From Candidatus Berkelbacteria bacterium (GTDB lineage: Bacteria > Patescibacteriota > UBA1384 > DTJR01): a DNA stretch of 64,000 nucleotides. A model generated the notes under the pieces. That model was given only the letters and a program-made list of their open reading frames with translations, did not search any database and had not been told where the DNA came from. Below, piece after piece: positions 40,110-48,930 of the stretch; within the stretch, counting starts at the first letter, position 1, and each line of letters starts with the position of its first letter. The stretch covers positions 2,562 through 66,561 of the forward strand of contig JAOUGE010000004.1 of NCBI GenBank assembly GCA_029865605.1, read 5' to 3'. Made by a program: the position numbers and the translations under genes.

Positions 40110-40162
40110 CCAAACGAAGCGCTAGCCCCTATTGACTTGAAAAGCGGTATAATTTGTTTAGT

Positions 40163-41023
40163 ATGAGAAACTGCTTTTTGGTCTTTTGCAGCTTAATTTT
40201 TGTCTTATTAGTCGGGCCCTTTTTACTGACCCTGAATTTAAGCCGGACTATTGCTTCACCTGATTATGTTAAACGGTCAATCAACGGGGCTGATCTCTAT
40301 CAGAAAATCGTCAGCGTCGATTCAAAAGAATTAGCCGATTTTTTTAGCGGTGGGAATCCAAATGCAGACGCACCCCCGCCGGAATTTATCGACCAGCTTA
40401 AAAAAGCGATTGGTCAGGAAGATATCAAGCAGGCGTTCGAGAAGAATTTTGATGGGGCGGTTACGGCCCTTAAGGAGGGCAAGAGCGAATATTCGATAGA
40501 CATCAGTAATTTAAAAACCAGGCTTGTTAGGGGGGCAGACTCACCAGAGCTTTCTCAATATTTTGGCCAAATCAAAGAGAAATTTCCGGTTCATTTCCCC
40601 GATTTTATTGTTTCGTTTGCTAAAGCGATCAAATATTCTTCGCTGATCATCCTAATCGTAGGGTTGTTTCTTTGTCTACTTTTGGCCTCATCAATTCTTC
40701 TGGCAAGAGGCGCAAGATCAAAAGTGCGCACGGCAAGCCTGCTCTTTCTTATTACAGCAATCGTTGCGACTATTCCCGCCGTCTTAGGTTATGTTATTGA
40801 TGTGCCTCTTCCCAATCTTGGGTTGCCGCAGTCGATTTTTCAGGCTATTAGCGATGTTCTTAATAATCTTAAGGACGGTCTCGCTCGGCTTTTTGCTCTA
40901 GAAGCGGCCATTTTCGCCGTCTTGGCAGTGGTTCTTTTTATAATCGGATTTTTTGTCCCTCGGGCAAAGCTGAGTCCTTCTGGAGCAACGACAGCTCCGG
41001 TCCAGCCGCCAGATCAAAAATAG
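40163..41023 (+). CDS. Hypothetical multi-TM membrane protein
   Basis: N-terminal TM plus three C-terminal TMs. Confidence 0.75.
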   Translation: MRNCFLVFCSLIFVLLVGPFLLTLNLSRTIASPDYVKRSINGADLYQKIVSVDSKELADFFSGGNPNADAPPPEFIDQLKKAIGQEDIKQAFEKNFDGAVTALKEGKSEYSIDISNLKTRLVRGADSPELSQYFGQIKEKFPVHFPDFIVSFAKAIKYSSLIILIVGLFLCLLLASSILLARGARSKVRTASLLFLITAIVATIPAVLGYVIDVPLPNLGLPQSIFQAISDVLNNLKDGLARLFALEAAIFAVLAVVLFIIGFFVPRAKLSPSGATTAPVQPPDQK

Positions 41024-41027
41024 TTCT

Positions 41028-41303
41028 ATGAAAAAAGCAATAGTGATTAAAATAACTGGACAAGTTCAAGGGGTTGGTTTCCGCTGGAGTGCAAAAAATA
41101 AGGCAGATGATCTGAAAATATTTGGCTATGCTAAAAATGAGCCAGGCGGCAGAGTCTTGATCGAAGTCGAGGGTGAAACTACTGCTGTTGATAAGTTCGT
41201 TGATTGGTGCAAGAACGGACCGGATTCTGCCCAAGTGGAGCAGCTCGATATTGAAAACACAGAGCCTAAAGGTCATCGGAGTTTTGAGATTGTTCTAAAT
41301 TAG
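41028..41303 (+). CDS. acyP: Acylphosphatase
   Basis: GQVQGVGFR, GYAKN, GP. Confidence 0.93.
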   Translation: MKKAIVIKITGQVQGVGFRWSAKNKADDLKIFGYAKNEPGGRVLIEVEGETTAVDKFVDWCKNGPDSAQVEQLDIENTEPKGHRSFEIVLN

Positions 41304-41320
41304 AATATACTCAACCTACT

Positions 41321-42574
41321 ATGACCGGCAAATTTTTAGGATTTCCCAGAGGTTTTCTTTGGGGGGCCAGCGTGTCCTCTCATCAGATAGAAGGGGGCTT
41401 GATTAATAACTGGAGCAGATGGGAGATCGAAAACGCGGGGAAGCTAGCTAAAGATGCCCGGAATTCCCCCTGGCCGAGGGAGGGGGTTTTAAAAAAAGAG
41501 GCCCGAAATCCTCCTAACTATATTTCGGGTTTAGCTTGCGACCATTATAATCTATTTAAGAGTGATTTTAATATTGCCGAAAAATTAGGTTTTAACGCCT
41601 TTCGCTTTTCGATTGATTGGTCAAGGATTGAACCCGAGGAAGGCAAGTTCGACCAGAAGGGACTCGACTTTTACCTAAGATATGTTAAAGAACTTATCGC
41701 AAGAGAAATTGAGCCCTTTGTTACTCTTTGGCATTGGCCGATCCCTCTCTGGCTTGAGAAAAAAGGCGGCTTGGAGTCAAAGGACTTTACTCTCTATTTT
41801 GTGAGGTACGCCTCTAAGCTGGCAAGATTGTTTAAAAATAAGGTGATATATATTCAGACCGTTAACGAACCGGAAATATTTACTTCGCAGTCCTATTTGC
41901 TGGGGAGATGGCCACCTGGCAGAAAAAATCCGTTTTCGTATTTGAAGGTGCTTAAGGTTTTAAGCGAAACACATAAAAAATCTTATCTTGCCGTTAAGAA
42001 AGTCTCAAAGAAATTTCAAGTTGGAATAGCTAAAAACAATGCCTATTTTGAGGCCTATAAAAATCGGCCCCAAAACAAATTTTTAAAACTCTTTGCTAAA
42101 TGGTGGTGGAACGATTATTTCTTGAATTCAATTAAGGATTATCAAGACTTTATCGGCCTTAATCATTATTTTCATTATCGGATTGATGATGGAGTTATTA
42201 GTCCCGGGGAAAAGAGGGTCCACTCCGATATTGGATGGGAGCTCTATCCTTCCTCAATTTATTTTGTTTTAAAGGATTTATTGAAATATAAAAAACCTGT
42301 CTTCATCACTGAAAACGGCTTAGCAGACTACAAGGATAAGTATCGGGGCTGGTATATCAAGGAGATTTTAAAGAACGTTTACCGGGCGGTATCGGAGGGC
42401 GTTGACGTTAAGGGCTACTTTCACTGGTCTCTTCTTGATAATTTTGAGTGGGCCGAAGGCTTCTGGCCAAGGTTTGGCTTGGTCGAGGTTGATTACGGGA
42501 CACAGAAGAGGAAAATTAGGAAGAGCGCATTTGAATATTCGAGGGTTATTCGAAATAATGGGCTAGATGATTAA
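41321..42574 (+). CDS. Glycoside hydrolase family 1 (beta-glucosidase-like)
   Basis: FLWGAS.SSHQIEG, TVNEP, ITENG, WSLLDNFEW.EG...RFGL. Confidence 0.93.
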   Translation: MTGKFLGFPRGFLWGASVSSHQIEGGLINNWSRWEIENAGKLAKDARNSPWPREGVLKKEARNPPNYISGLACDHYNLFKSDFNIAEKLGFNAFRFSIDWSRIEPEEGKFDQKGLDFYLRYVKELIAREIEPFVTLWHWPIPLWLEKKGGLESKDFTLYFVRYASKLARLFKNKVIYIQTVNEPEIFTSQSYLLGRWPPGRKNPFSYLKVLKVLSETHKKSYLAVKKVSKKFQVGIAKNNAYFEAYKNRPQNKFLKLFAKWWWNDYFLNSIKDYQDFIGLNHYFHYRIDDGVISPGEKRVHSDIGWELYPSSIYFVLKDLLKYKKPVFITENGLADYKDKYRGWYIKEILKNVYRAVSEGVDVKGYFHWSLLDNFEWAEGFWPRFGLVEVDYGTQKRKIRKSAFEYSRVIRNNGLDD

Positions 42575-43061
42575 AGCTTCGCATCGGATTGGCATAGGTT
42601 TCGGGACGACTTCGGGAGTAATAACGACCCTGGGAGTTATTGTCGGTCTTAATTCAGCTTTAGACTCAAGATTTTTAGTAGTCGGCGGAATAATAACCAT
42701 TGCAGTTGCCGATGCTTTTTCTGACGCTCTGGCTATTCATGTTTCTCAAGAGACAGAGGAGTCGAAGTCATCTTCCGAGATTTGGGAATCAGCTCTGGCT
42801 ACTTTTTTTACTAAATTAGTCTTGGCTTTGTCTTTCTTAATCCCTGTTTTTATTTTTTCCTCGGTCGGAGCAATTTGGGCTAGTCTCATATGGGGTCTAT
42901 TAATAATTTGCCTCATGAGTTTTTTTATAGCAAGACATCGTCGGGTGTCTCCACTTAGGGTAATTCTTGAGCACCTTGCAATTTCAATTGTGGTGGTAAT
43001 AATTGCTAGATTTGTTGGAGTTATGGTCAGTAGCTACTTGGTTTCTCCCTACTCAATATAG
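42567..43061 (+). CDS. VIT1/CCC1-like membrane protein
   Basis: FG..SG.ITTLG, IAVADAFSDAL.IH.S.E; about five TMs. Confidence 0.7.
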   Translation: MIKASHRIGIGFGTTSGVITTLGVIVGLNSALDSRFLVVGGIITIAVADAFSDALAIHVSQETEESKSSSEIWESALATFFTKLVLALSFLIPVFIFSSVGAIWASLIWGLLIICLMSFFIARHRRVSPLRVILEHLAISIVVVIIARFVGVMVSSYLVSPYSI

Positions 43062-43372
43062 GCCCGAAAAACCCTCAAGACAGGTGTTGACAATAACCTA
43101 ATCCTATAGTATTGTCCTATCTGGAGGCTAATTGCATTTAAGTATTTGACATAAACAGGACAAGACATGAAGCAGGCAGTCCAGCTTTCTGCTGGGCTCT
43201 TTGTTTTAGAGCCCGTAACTTGACAATTAGAATCAGTGTGGGATATGCAGCCAAGGACTCATTTCTAAGTCCCAATCTCACATTGAAAATTCTGGTTTGA
43301 CAAAACCAGATGAGAACGCCTGGTGAATGGCGTTTAAGAAGTGATTTACAAAAAATATTGAGTCAAATCAAT

Positions 43373-44835
43373 TCTACTAAGAGTTTGATCCTGGCTCAGG
43401 ATGAACGCTAGCGGCGTACCTAAAACATGCAAGTCGCGCGCTTGTAAAAGCGCGGCAAACGGGTGAGTAACGCGTGGGAATCTGCCCCGAACTGGGAAAT
43501 ACCCCGCCGAAAGGTGGGTTAATGTCCCATAGTCTCCGCCTTTGGCGGAGTAAAGCTCCGGCGGTTCGGGAGGAGCCTGCGTCCTATCAGCTTGTTGGTA
43601 GGGTAAAAGCCTACCAAGGCAATGACGGGTAGGGGGTGTGAGAGCATGGCCCCCCACAACGGCACTGAGACACGGGCCGTACACCTACGGGTGGCAGCAG
43701 TTAGGAATAGTACGCAATGGGCGAAAGCCTGACGTCGTGACGCCGCGTGGAGGAAGAAGGCCTCCGGGTTGTAAACTCCTTTTCTGCAGGAAGATTATGA
43801 CTGTACTGCAGGAATAAGCATCGGCTAATTACGTGCCAGAAGCCTCGGTAATACGTGGGATGCGAGCGTTATCCGGAATTATTGGGCGTAAAGAGCGCGT
43901 AGGCGGCCAAGAAAGTCCGACCTTAAAACTAGCGGCTTAACCGCTAAGATGGGTCGGAGACTTTTTGGCTTGAGCATTTGCAGGGGCAAGCGGAATCTGC
44001 GGTGTAGGGGTAAAATCCATTGATATCGCAGAGAACACCAATGGCGAAGGCAGCTTGCTAGGCATTGTCTGACGCTGAGGCGCGAAAGCGTGGGTAGCGA
44101 ACGGGATTAGATACCCCGGTAGTCCACGCCGTAAACTATGCGAACTAGGTATTGGGATAATCGACCGTCCTGGTACCGAAGCTAACGCGTTAAGTTCGCC
44201 GCCTGGGGAGTACGAGCGCAAGCTTAAAACTCAAAGGAATTGGCGGGGGCTCGCACAAGCGGTGGAACATGGGGTTTAATTCGACAGTAAGCGGAGAACC
44301 TCACCAAGGTTTGACATCTACGGAATCCCCGAGAAACCGGGGAGTGCCCGCAAGGGAGCCGTAAGACAGGTGCTGCACGGTCGTCGTCAGCTCGTGGCTT
44401 GAGTTGTTCCGTTAAGTCGGGAAACGAGCGCAACCCCTATCGTCTGTTAAATTTCTCAGGCGAGACTGCCTCGGCAACGGGGAGGAAGGTGGGGATGACG
44501 TCAGATCAGCGTGGCCTTTATACCTTGGGCAACACCCGTGTTACAATGGCCGTTACAGAGGGTCGCAATATCGCGAGATGGAGCTAATCCCCAAAAACGG
44601 TCCAAGTTCGGATTGAAGTCTGCAATTCGACTTCATGAAGCCGGAATCGCTAGTAACCGTGGATCAGCTACGCCACGGTGAATACGTTCTCGAGCCTTGC
44701 ACACACCGCCCGTCAAGGCAGGAAAGCCGGCAATGCCTGAATCCCGCATTTTGCGGGACACGGCAGGGTCGGTGATCAGGCCTAAGTCGTAACAAGGTAT
44801 CCGTAGGGGAATCTGCGGATGGATCACCTCCTTTC
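43373..44835 (+). rRNA. rrs: 16S rRNA (stand-alone, no intron evident)
   Basis: AGAGTTTGATCCTGGCTCAG, GGATTAGATACCC, AAACTCAAAGGAATTG, AAGTCGTAACAAGG, anti-SD GATCACCTCCTTT. Ends approximate. Confidence 0.98.
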
Positions 44836-45028
44836 TAGGGAGTTAAGCCCCGACCTTGAGTCGGGGAAGATCATGGTTGATCGCACGAACTCCAATTTGT
44901 GCGCTTCTCATCTGGTTTTGTCAGACTGGAGATTGTCCTGTATGATCTAAAGTAGTCGCCGCAAGGCGGTTTTTGTAGTTGGAGTTGGTTTTATGCTATG
45001 ATGGAACTAGATTTAATAAGGAGGATAG

Positions 45029-45844
45029 ATGGGCCCCGAACACTCACAGCACGGTCCTGAAGACATGGGAGTAACTCCACCTTCCCCAGACCCATTTGGC
45101 AGAACGAGAGAGCAAGAGCCAGAGACTTTTGTTAAGGATGAAAATTTGGCTCGGGACATGGCTGATGCCATAGCTCCAGGAATGGATAAAGCCCGTGAGA
45201 TTGAAAAAGCCGGAAGCGATGTCGTAGAAAACCGACAGAGAGTATTGGATGAATATAGCGGGCGGTTTTGGCCTGGTGGGTTGATTGGGCATCACAGTGA
45301 TATTGAATTTCCAGCCGATAATCCTCCGATAAAAAAGCAGGATGTAATTTTCGCCCGCGTCTATTGTGATTTGGCCAGACGTCATGCCGAGGAAATAGTC
45401 TGGGATCAGTCTCTTCCTAGCGATGACAAATACAAGCTCTTAGACGGGATTCAGCCGGGGATGAGTGGAGCCTTGCGAGGTGATCCGGCCGCCACAGATC
45501 TCCAATTTTACGATTCTGTAGCCAAGGGAATGGGAGGAAGGCTGGAGATACACCACGTACCTCAATTGTTGGGAAGGATAATAGGGTTTCTTGCCACGTC
45601 AAAAGCAGTAAATGAACAGACATTGAATACGATGATTGATGCTTTGGGGAGAAGGTACAGTCAGGATCGAGCTGAGGGCAGGGCCAGAGTCTTAGATATA
45701 TTGGCCCCGGAGATCGTCATGATGAGGCAAGTGCCAGAAGGCTTCTTTGCCAGTAAACACGATTTGTATGACAGATTGATGGCAGAAAGCGACCGTAAAC
45801 GGAATCCTCAAACTGGAAGATACGAATTAAAATTGGAAATCTAG
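45029..45844 (+). CDS. Orphan 271-aa protein
   Basis: SD AAGGAGG; flanked by direct repeat CTGGTTTTGTCAGA. Confidence 0.75.
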   Translation: MGPEHSQHGPEDMGVTPPSPDPFGRTREQEPETFVKDENLARDMADAIAPGMDKAREIEKAGSDVVENRQRVLDEYSGRFWPGGLIGHHSDIEFPADNPPIKKQDVIFARVYCDLARRHAEEIVWDQSLPSDDKYKLLDGIQPGMSGALRGDPAATDLQFYDSVAKGMGGRLEIHHVPQLLGRIIGFLATSKAVNEQTLNTMIDALGRRYSQDRAEGRARVLDILAPEIVMMRQVPEGFFASKHDLYDRLMAESDRKRNPQTGRYELKLEI

Positions 45845-46064
45845 CCTGGTTTTGTCAGATTGGGAACTATTCTTTTAGCGGCGAACGATTTAGGGATCAC
45901 ACCCGCCTTTTTTTTGATTATTTGGTAAAATGAATGTGTAACCTCTGTGGTTTAGGTAGAGTTTTTGGTTATGAACCACCATTAAAGGAGGGGAGATCGA
46001 GGGAACTACTCAGCCAAAGGTAAAGAAGGACTTCCGCGATTACCCGATCGCTTTTGGGTTTGTT

Positions 46065-46406
46065 TTGTGGTGGCTATATGAAATTCCCCACCTGATTATA
46101 GTTACCACACTTAGAACTAGCAGAAAGCTGTTCTCCTTTTTTTCTATTAACTTGCTCTTTCGCACTTTGTTTCTTCCTTGGAAAAGAGACGAGATTGACA
46201 CGACTAATATGTCTCTTGACGACAAGCTTCAAGTTTGGATTATGAATCTTGTCTCAAGGTTGGCCGGTGCAGTTGTTAGGTCGATTACTATCCTGTTGGG
46301 CCTGTTAGCCGTATCTTTAACCTACGCTCTTGGAGCGGTTTCGCTTATCGGATTTATCGGGTTGCCGGTTTTAGGTGTATTGGTAATTGTTTTAAGTTTA
46401 ATTTAA
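46065..46406 (+). CDS. Small membrane protein coupled to the Clp ATPase
   Basis: FFSI..L.RTLF.PWKR, SR..GA..R. True start may be upstream (ATC 45996 after SD). Confidence 0.75.
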   Translation: MWWLYEIPHLIIVTTLRTSRKLFSFFSINLLFRTLFLPWKRDEIDTTNMSLDDKLQVWIMNLVSRLAGAVVRSITILLGLLAVSLTYALGAVSLIGFIGLPVLGVLVIVLSLI

Positions 46407-46407
46407 G

Positions 46408-48918
46408 ATGGATAATTTTGACTTGAAGAAAGCTCGAAATTTCGGCAAATACCGATCGGGGAAGGCGATTGAGTCGTCTCCGGTCACGGTTTTTGTCGGA
46501 TTCTTATGGTTCGCGGCCCTTATTTCCGCTCTTGTCCTTATTGCAGGTAGATTTTTTGAACCCCTTGCTTTTCTCGTGAAGGCAGGCTTTCTTACTCTCG
46601 GATTTTCGTCCCTGATTCTCTTTTACCTCTCCTTTTTACGTGCCTTTTATGTCCCCAGGGTCTATATAGACTCGGGTAATGCCGCCGAAGCTTTAAGTCT
46701 GCCGGTTATGGAGATGTTGCTTGATAGTATTAATATTGCCCGAGAGAATCAGTTTGCCGAGATCTCGCCTGTTATTCTTCTGGCTGCTCTTGATAAAAAT
46801 CAAGACGGTAAATATCTCCTCTTACGTTGCGGCTTTGGCATTGAGAAAGACACCTCGGCTATTATTGCTCAAGAAGTAGCTTCTCTGCCAAAAGGGAAGG
46901 TCGCCGAACCGGCAATTTCGCAGTCGACTCTCTTGGTTATTGAAGCGGCAAGAAAAAATGCACAAGATAACTCCAGAGGCTCGGTTTCGTCAGGGGATAT
47001 CCTACTAGCCCTTATTCAAAAGAGCGATATTTTCAAAAAAATGATGTTTGAAATCAAAATCGAAGAGCAAGACATAAAACAGGTTGTCGAGTGGCACGAG
47101 ATGCTCAAGAACTATTCCGAAGAACTGAAAAAACCGTTTTTAAAAAAAGAGACGATTGAGGGCGGAATAGGTAGGGACTGGAGCTTTGGCTATACGGTCA
47201 CTCTTAACCAATTTGCTCGCAACCTCAACCTCCAGGTTCAAGGTATCGGAGCAGTTCATATCTACGGGAGAAGTCAGGTGGTAGACGAAATCGAACGGAT
47301 TTTAGCTAAGACCGGTGAGAACAACGTTCTTCTGATCGGGGATCACGGGATAGGTAAGAAGACGATCGTTAAAGGTTTTGCTACGAAAATTGTTCAAGGA
47401 AAAGTCCTGCCCTCCTTGCGCTATATGCAGATTTTTCATGTTGACACCGGAGCGGTTTTGTCCGGCTCAAGCAATCCGGGCGAGGTCGCCTTAAGGGTGA
47501 GGAAAATTTTTAATGAAGCCGCCCGGGCTGGCAACACGATTCTCTTTTTTGATAACTTTCACGCCTTGGTTTCCTCGGAAGAGGGTGTAGGCAAGGTTAA
47601 TACCTCCGAAATTATTCTCCCCTATCTTCAGGGAAATATTAACGTTATCGGCGCAACGACGCTTGAGGATTATCACAAGCATATCGAGGCTAACCCCGGA
47701 GTTGCGGCGGTTTTTAATCGTATTGAAGTTAAAGAACCCACCCAGCCGGAGACAATCCAGATTTTGGGAGAGGTTATTCCGATTATTGAACATCGCGACG
47801 GTGTCTTTTGGCCATATCAGGCAATCAAAGAAGTGGTCAGGGTTGCCGATCGCTACATTCACAACAAACCCTTTCCCCGCAAAGCGATTGAGATTGTTGA
47901 CGAGATATCGGTTGATGTAGCCAAATCGGGAGGAAAGGTAGTTCACCCGAAAACAATCGATGAGCTTGTAAGCCGCAAACTTGAAGTGCCAGTTTCTCAA
48001 GCGGAGGGGGAAGAAGCGCAGAAACTTATGCACCTTGAGGAATTTCTGCATAAGAGAGTTATCGGCCAGGACGAAGCGATTCAGGCAGTGGCTTCAGCAA
48101 TGCGCCGAGCTCGCTCCGGAATTCAGTCCAAGCAGCGGCCGATTGGCAACTTTTTGTTCTTGGGTCCAACGGGGGTGGGAAAAACTGAAACCTCAAAGGC
48201 ATTGGCCGAGGCCTATTTTGGCTCCGAAAAAAATATGATTAGAGTTGATATGAGCGAATTTCAGGAACAATCTTCAATTTACCGCCTGATCGGCTCTCCT
48301 CCCGCCGCCGGAGCCGAAGGCGAGAAAGGCCAGCTGACAACGGCCGTTGCCGACAATCCCTTTTCTCTGATTTTACTTGATGAAATCGAAAAGGCACACC
48401 ACGATATTTCGACGCTCTTTCTGCAGGTATTCGACGACGGTCGCTTAACTGACGGGACTGGCAGAACTATTGACTTTACTAACACGATTATTATTGCTAC
48501 CTCAAACGCGGGAAGCGAGCAAATAAGACAAAACCTGTTGCGGGGAGTTCACGGCGACCAAATGAAAAAATCGCTTTTAGAATTTTTGCAGCGCCAAGGA
48601 ATCTTCCGCCCCGAATTCTTAAACCGCTTTGACGCCGTTGTCGCTTTCCACCCCCTAACCAGAGAACAGATTAAGCAGGTGGCAGGACTAATGCTTAAGA
48701 GTCTGGCCGAGCGGATGGCTGAAAAGGAGATTACGATTGAGTTTACGCCGGCCGCGGTTGAAAAGTTAGCGGCGGTAGGCTTTGATCCCGTTTATGGCGC
48801 CCGCCCGATGCGCCGGGCTATTCAGGACAAGGTGGAAAATGTTTTGGCCAATAATATTTTGGCGGGTAAAATCGCCCGCGGCTCGAAGGTAATTTTGGAT
48901 GAGAAAGATATAGTGTGA
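46408..48918 (+). CDS. Membrane-anchored ClpA/B/C-like AAA+ ATPase
   Basis: Two N-terminal TMs, Clp-N-like region, degenerate NBD1, NBD2 GPTGVGKT/LLDEIEKA, FRPEFLNRFD, YGARPMRR. Confidence 0.9.
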   Translation: MDNFDLKKARNFGKYRSGKAIESSPVTVFVGFLWFAALISALVLIAGRFFEPLAFLVKAGFLTLGFSSLILFYLSFLRAFYVPRVYIDSGNAAEALSLPVMEMLLDSINIARENQFAEISPVILLAALDKNQDGKYLLLRCGFGIEKDTSAIIAQEVASLPKGKVAEPAISQSTLLVIEAARKNAQDNSRGSVSSGDILLALIQKSDIFKKMMFEIKIEEQDIKQVVEWHEMLKNYSEELKKPFLKKETIEGGIGRDWSFGYTVTLNQFARNLNLQVQGIGAVHIYGRSQVVDEIERILAKTGENNVLLIGDHGIGKKTIVKGFATKIVQGKVLPSLRYMQIFHVDTGAVLSGSSNPGEVALRVRKIFNEAARAGNTILFFDNFHALVSSEEGVGKVNTSEIILPYLQGNINVIGATTLEDYHKHIEANPGVAAVFNRIEVKEPTQPETIQILGEVIPIIEHRDGVFWPYQAIKEVVRVADRYIHNKPFPRKAIEIVDEISVDVAKSGGKVVHPKTIDELVSRKLEVPVSQAEGEEAQKLMHLEEFLHKRVIGQDEAIQAVASAMRRARSGIQSKQRPIGNFLFLGPTGVGKTETSKALAEAYFGSEKNMIRVDMSEFQEQSSIYRLIGSPPAAGAEGEKGQLTTAVADNPFSLILLDEIEKAHHDISTLFLQVFDDGRLTDGTGRTIDFTNTIIIATSNAGSEQIRQNLLRGVHGDQMKKSLLEFLQRQGIFRPEFLNRFDAVVAFHPLTREQIKQVAGLMLKSLAERMAEKEITIEFTPAAVEKLAAVGFDPVYGARPMRRAIQDKVENVLANNILAGKIARGSKVILDEKDIV

Positions 48919-48930
48919 TAAGTTTGATAT

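Noticed and set aside
43346-44827. ORFs overlapping the 16S gene
   Set aside because: Spurious frames within rRNA.
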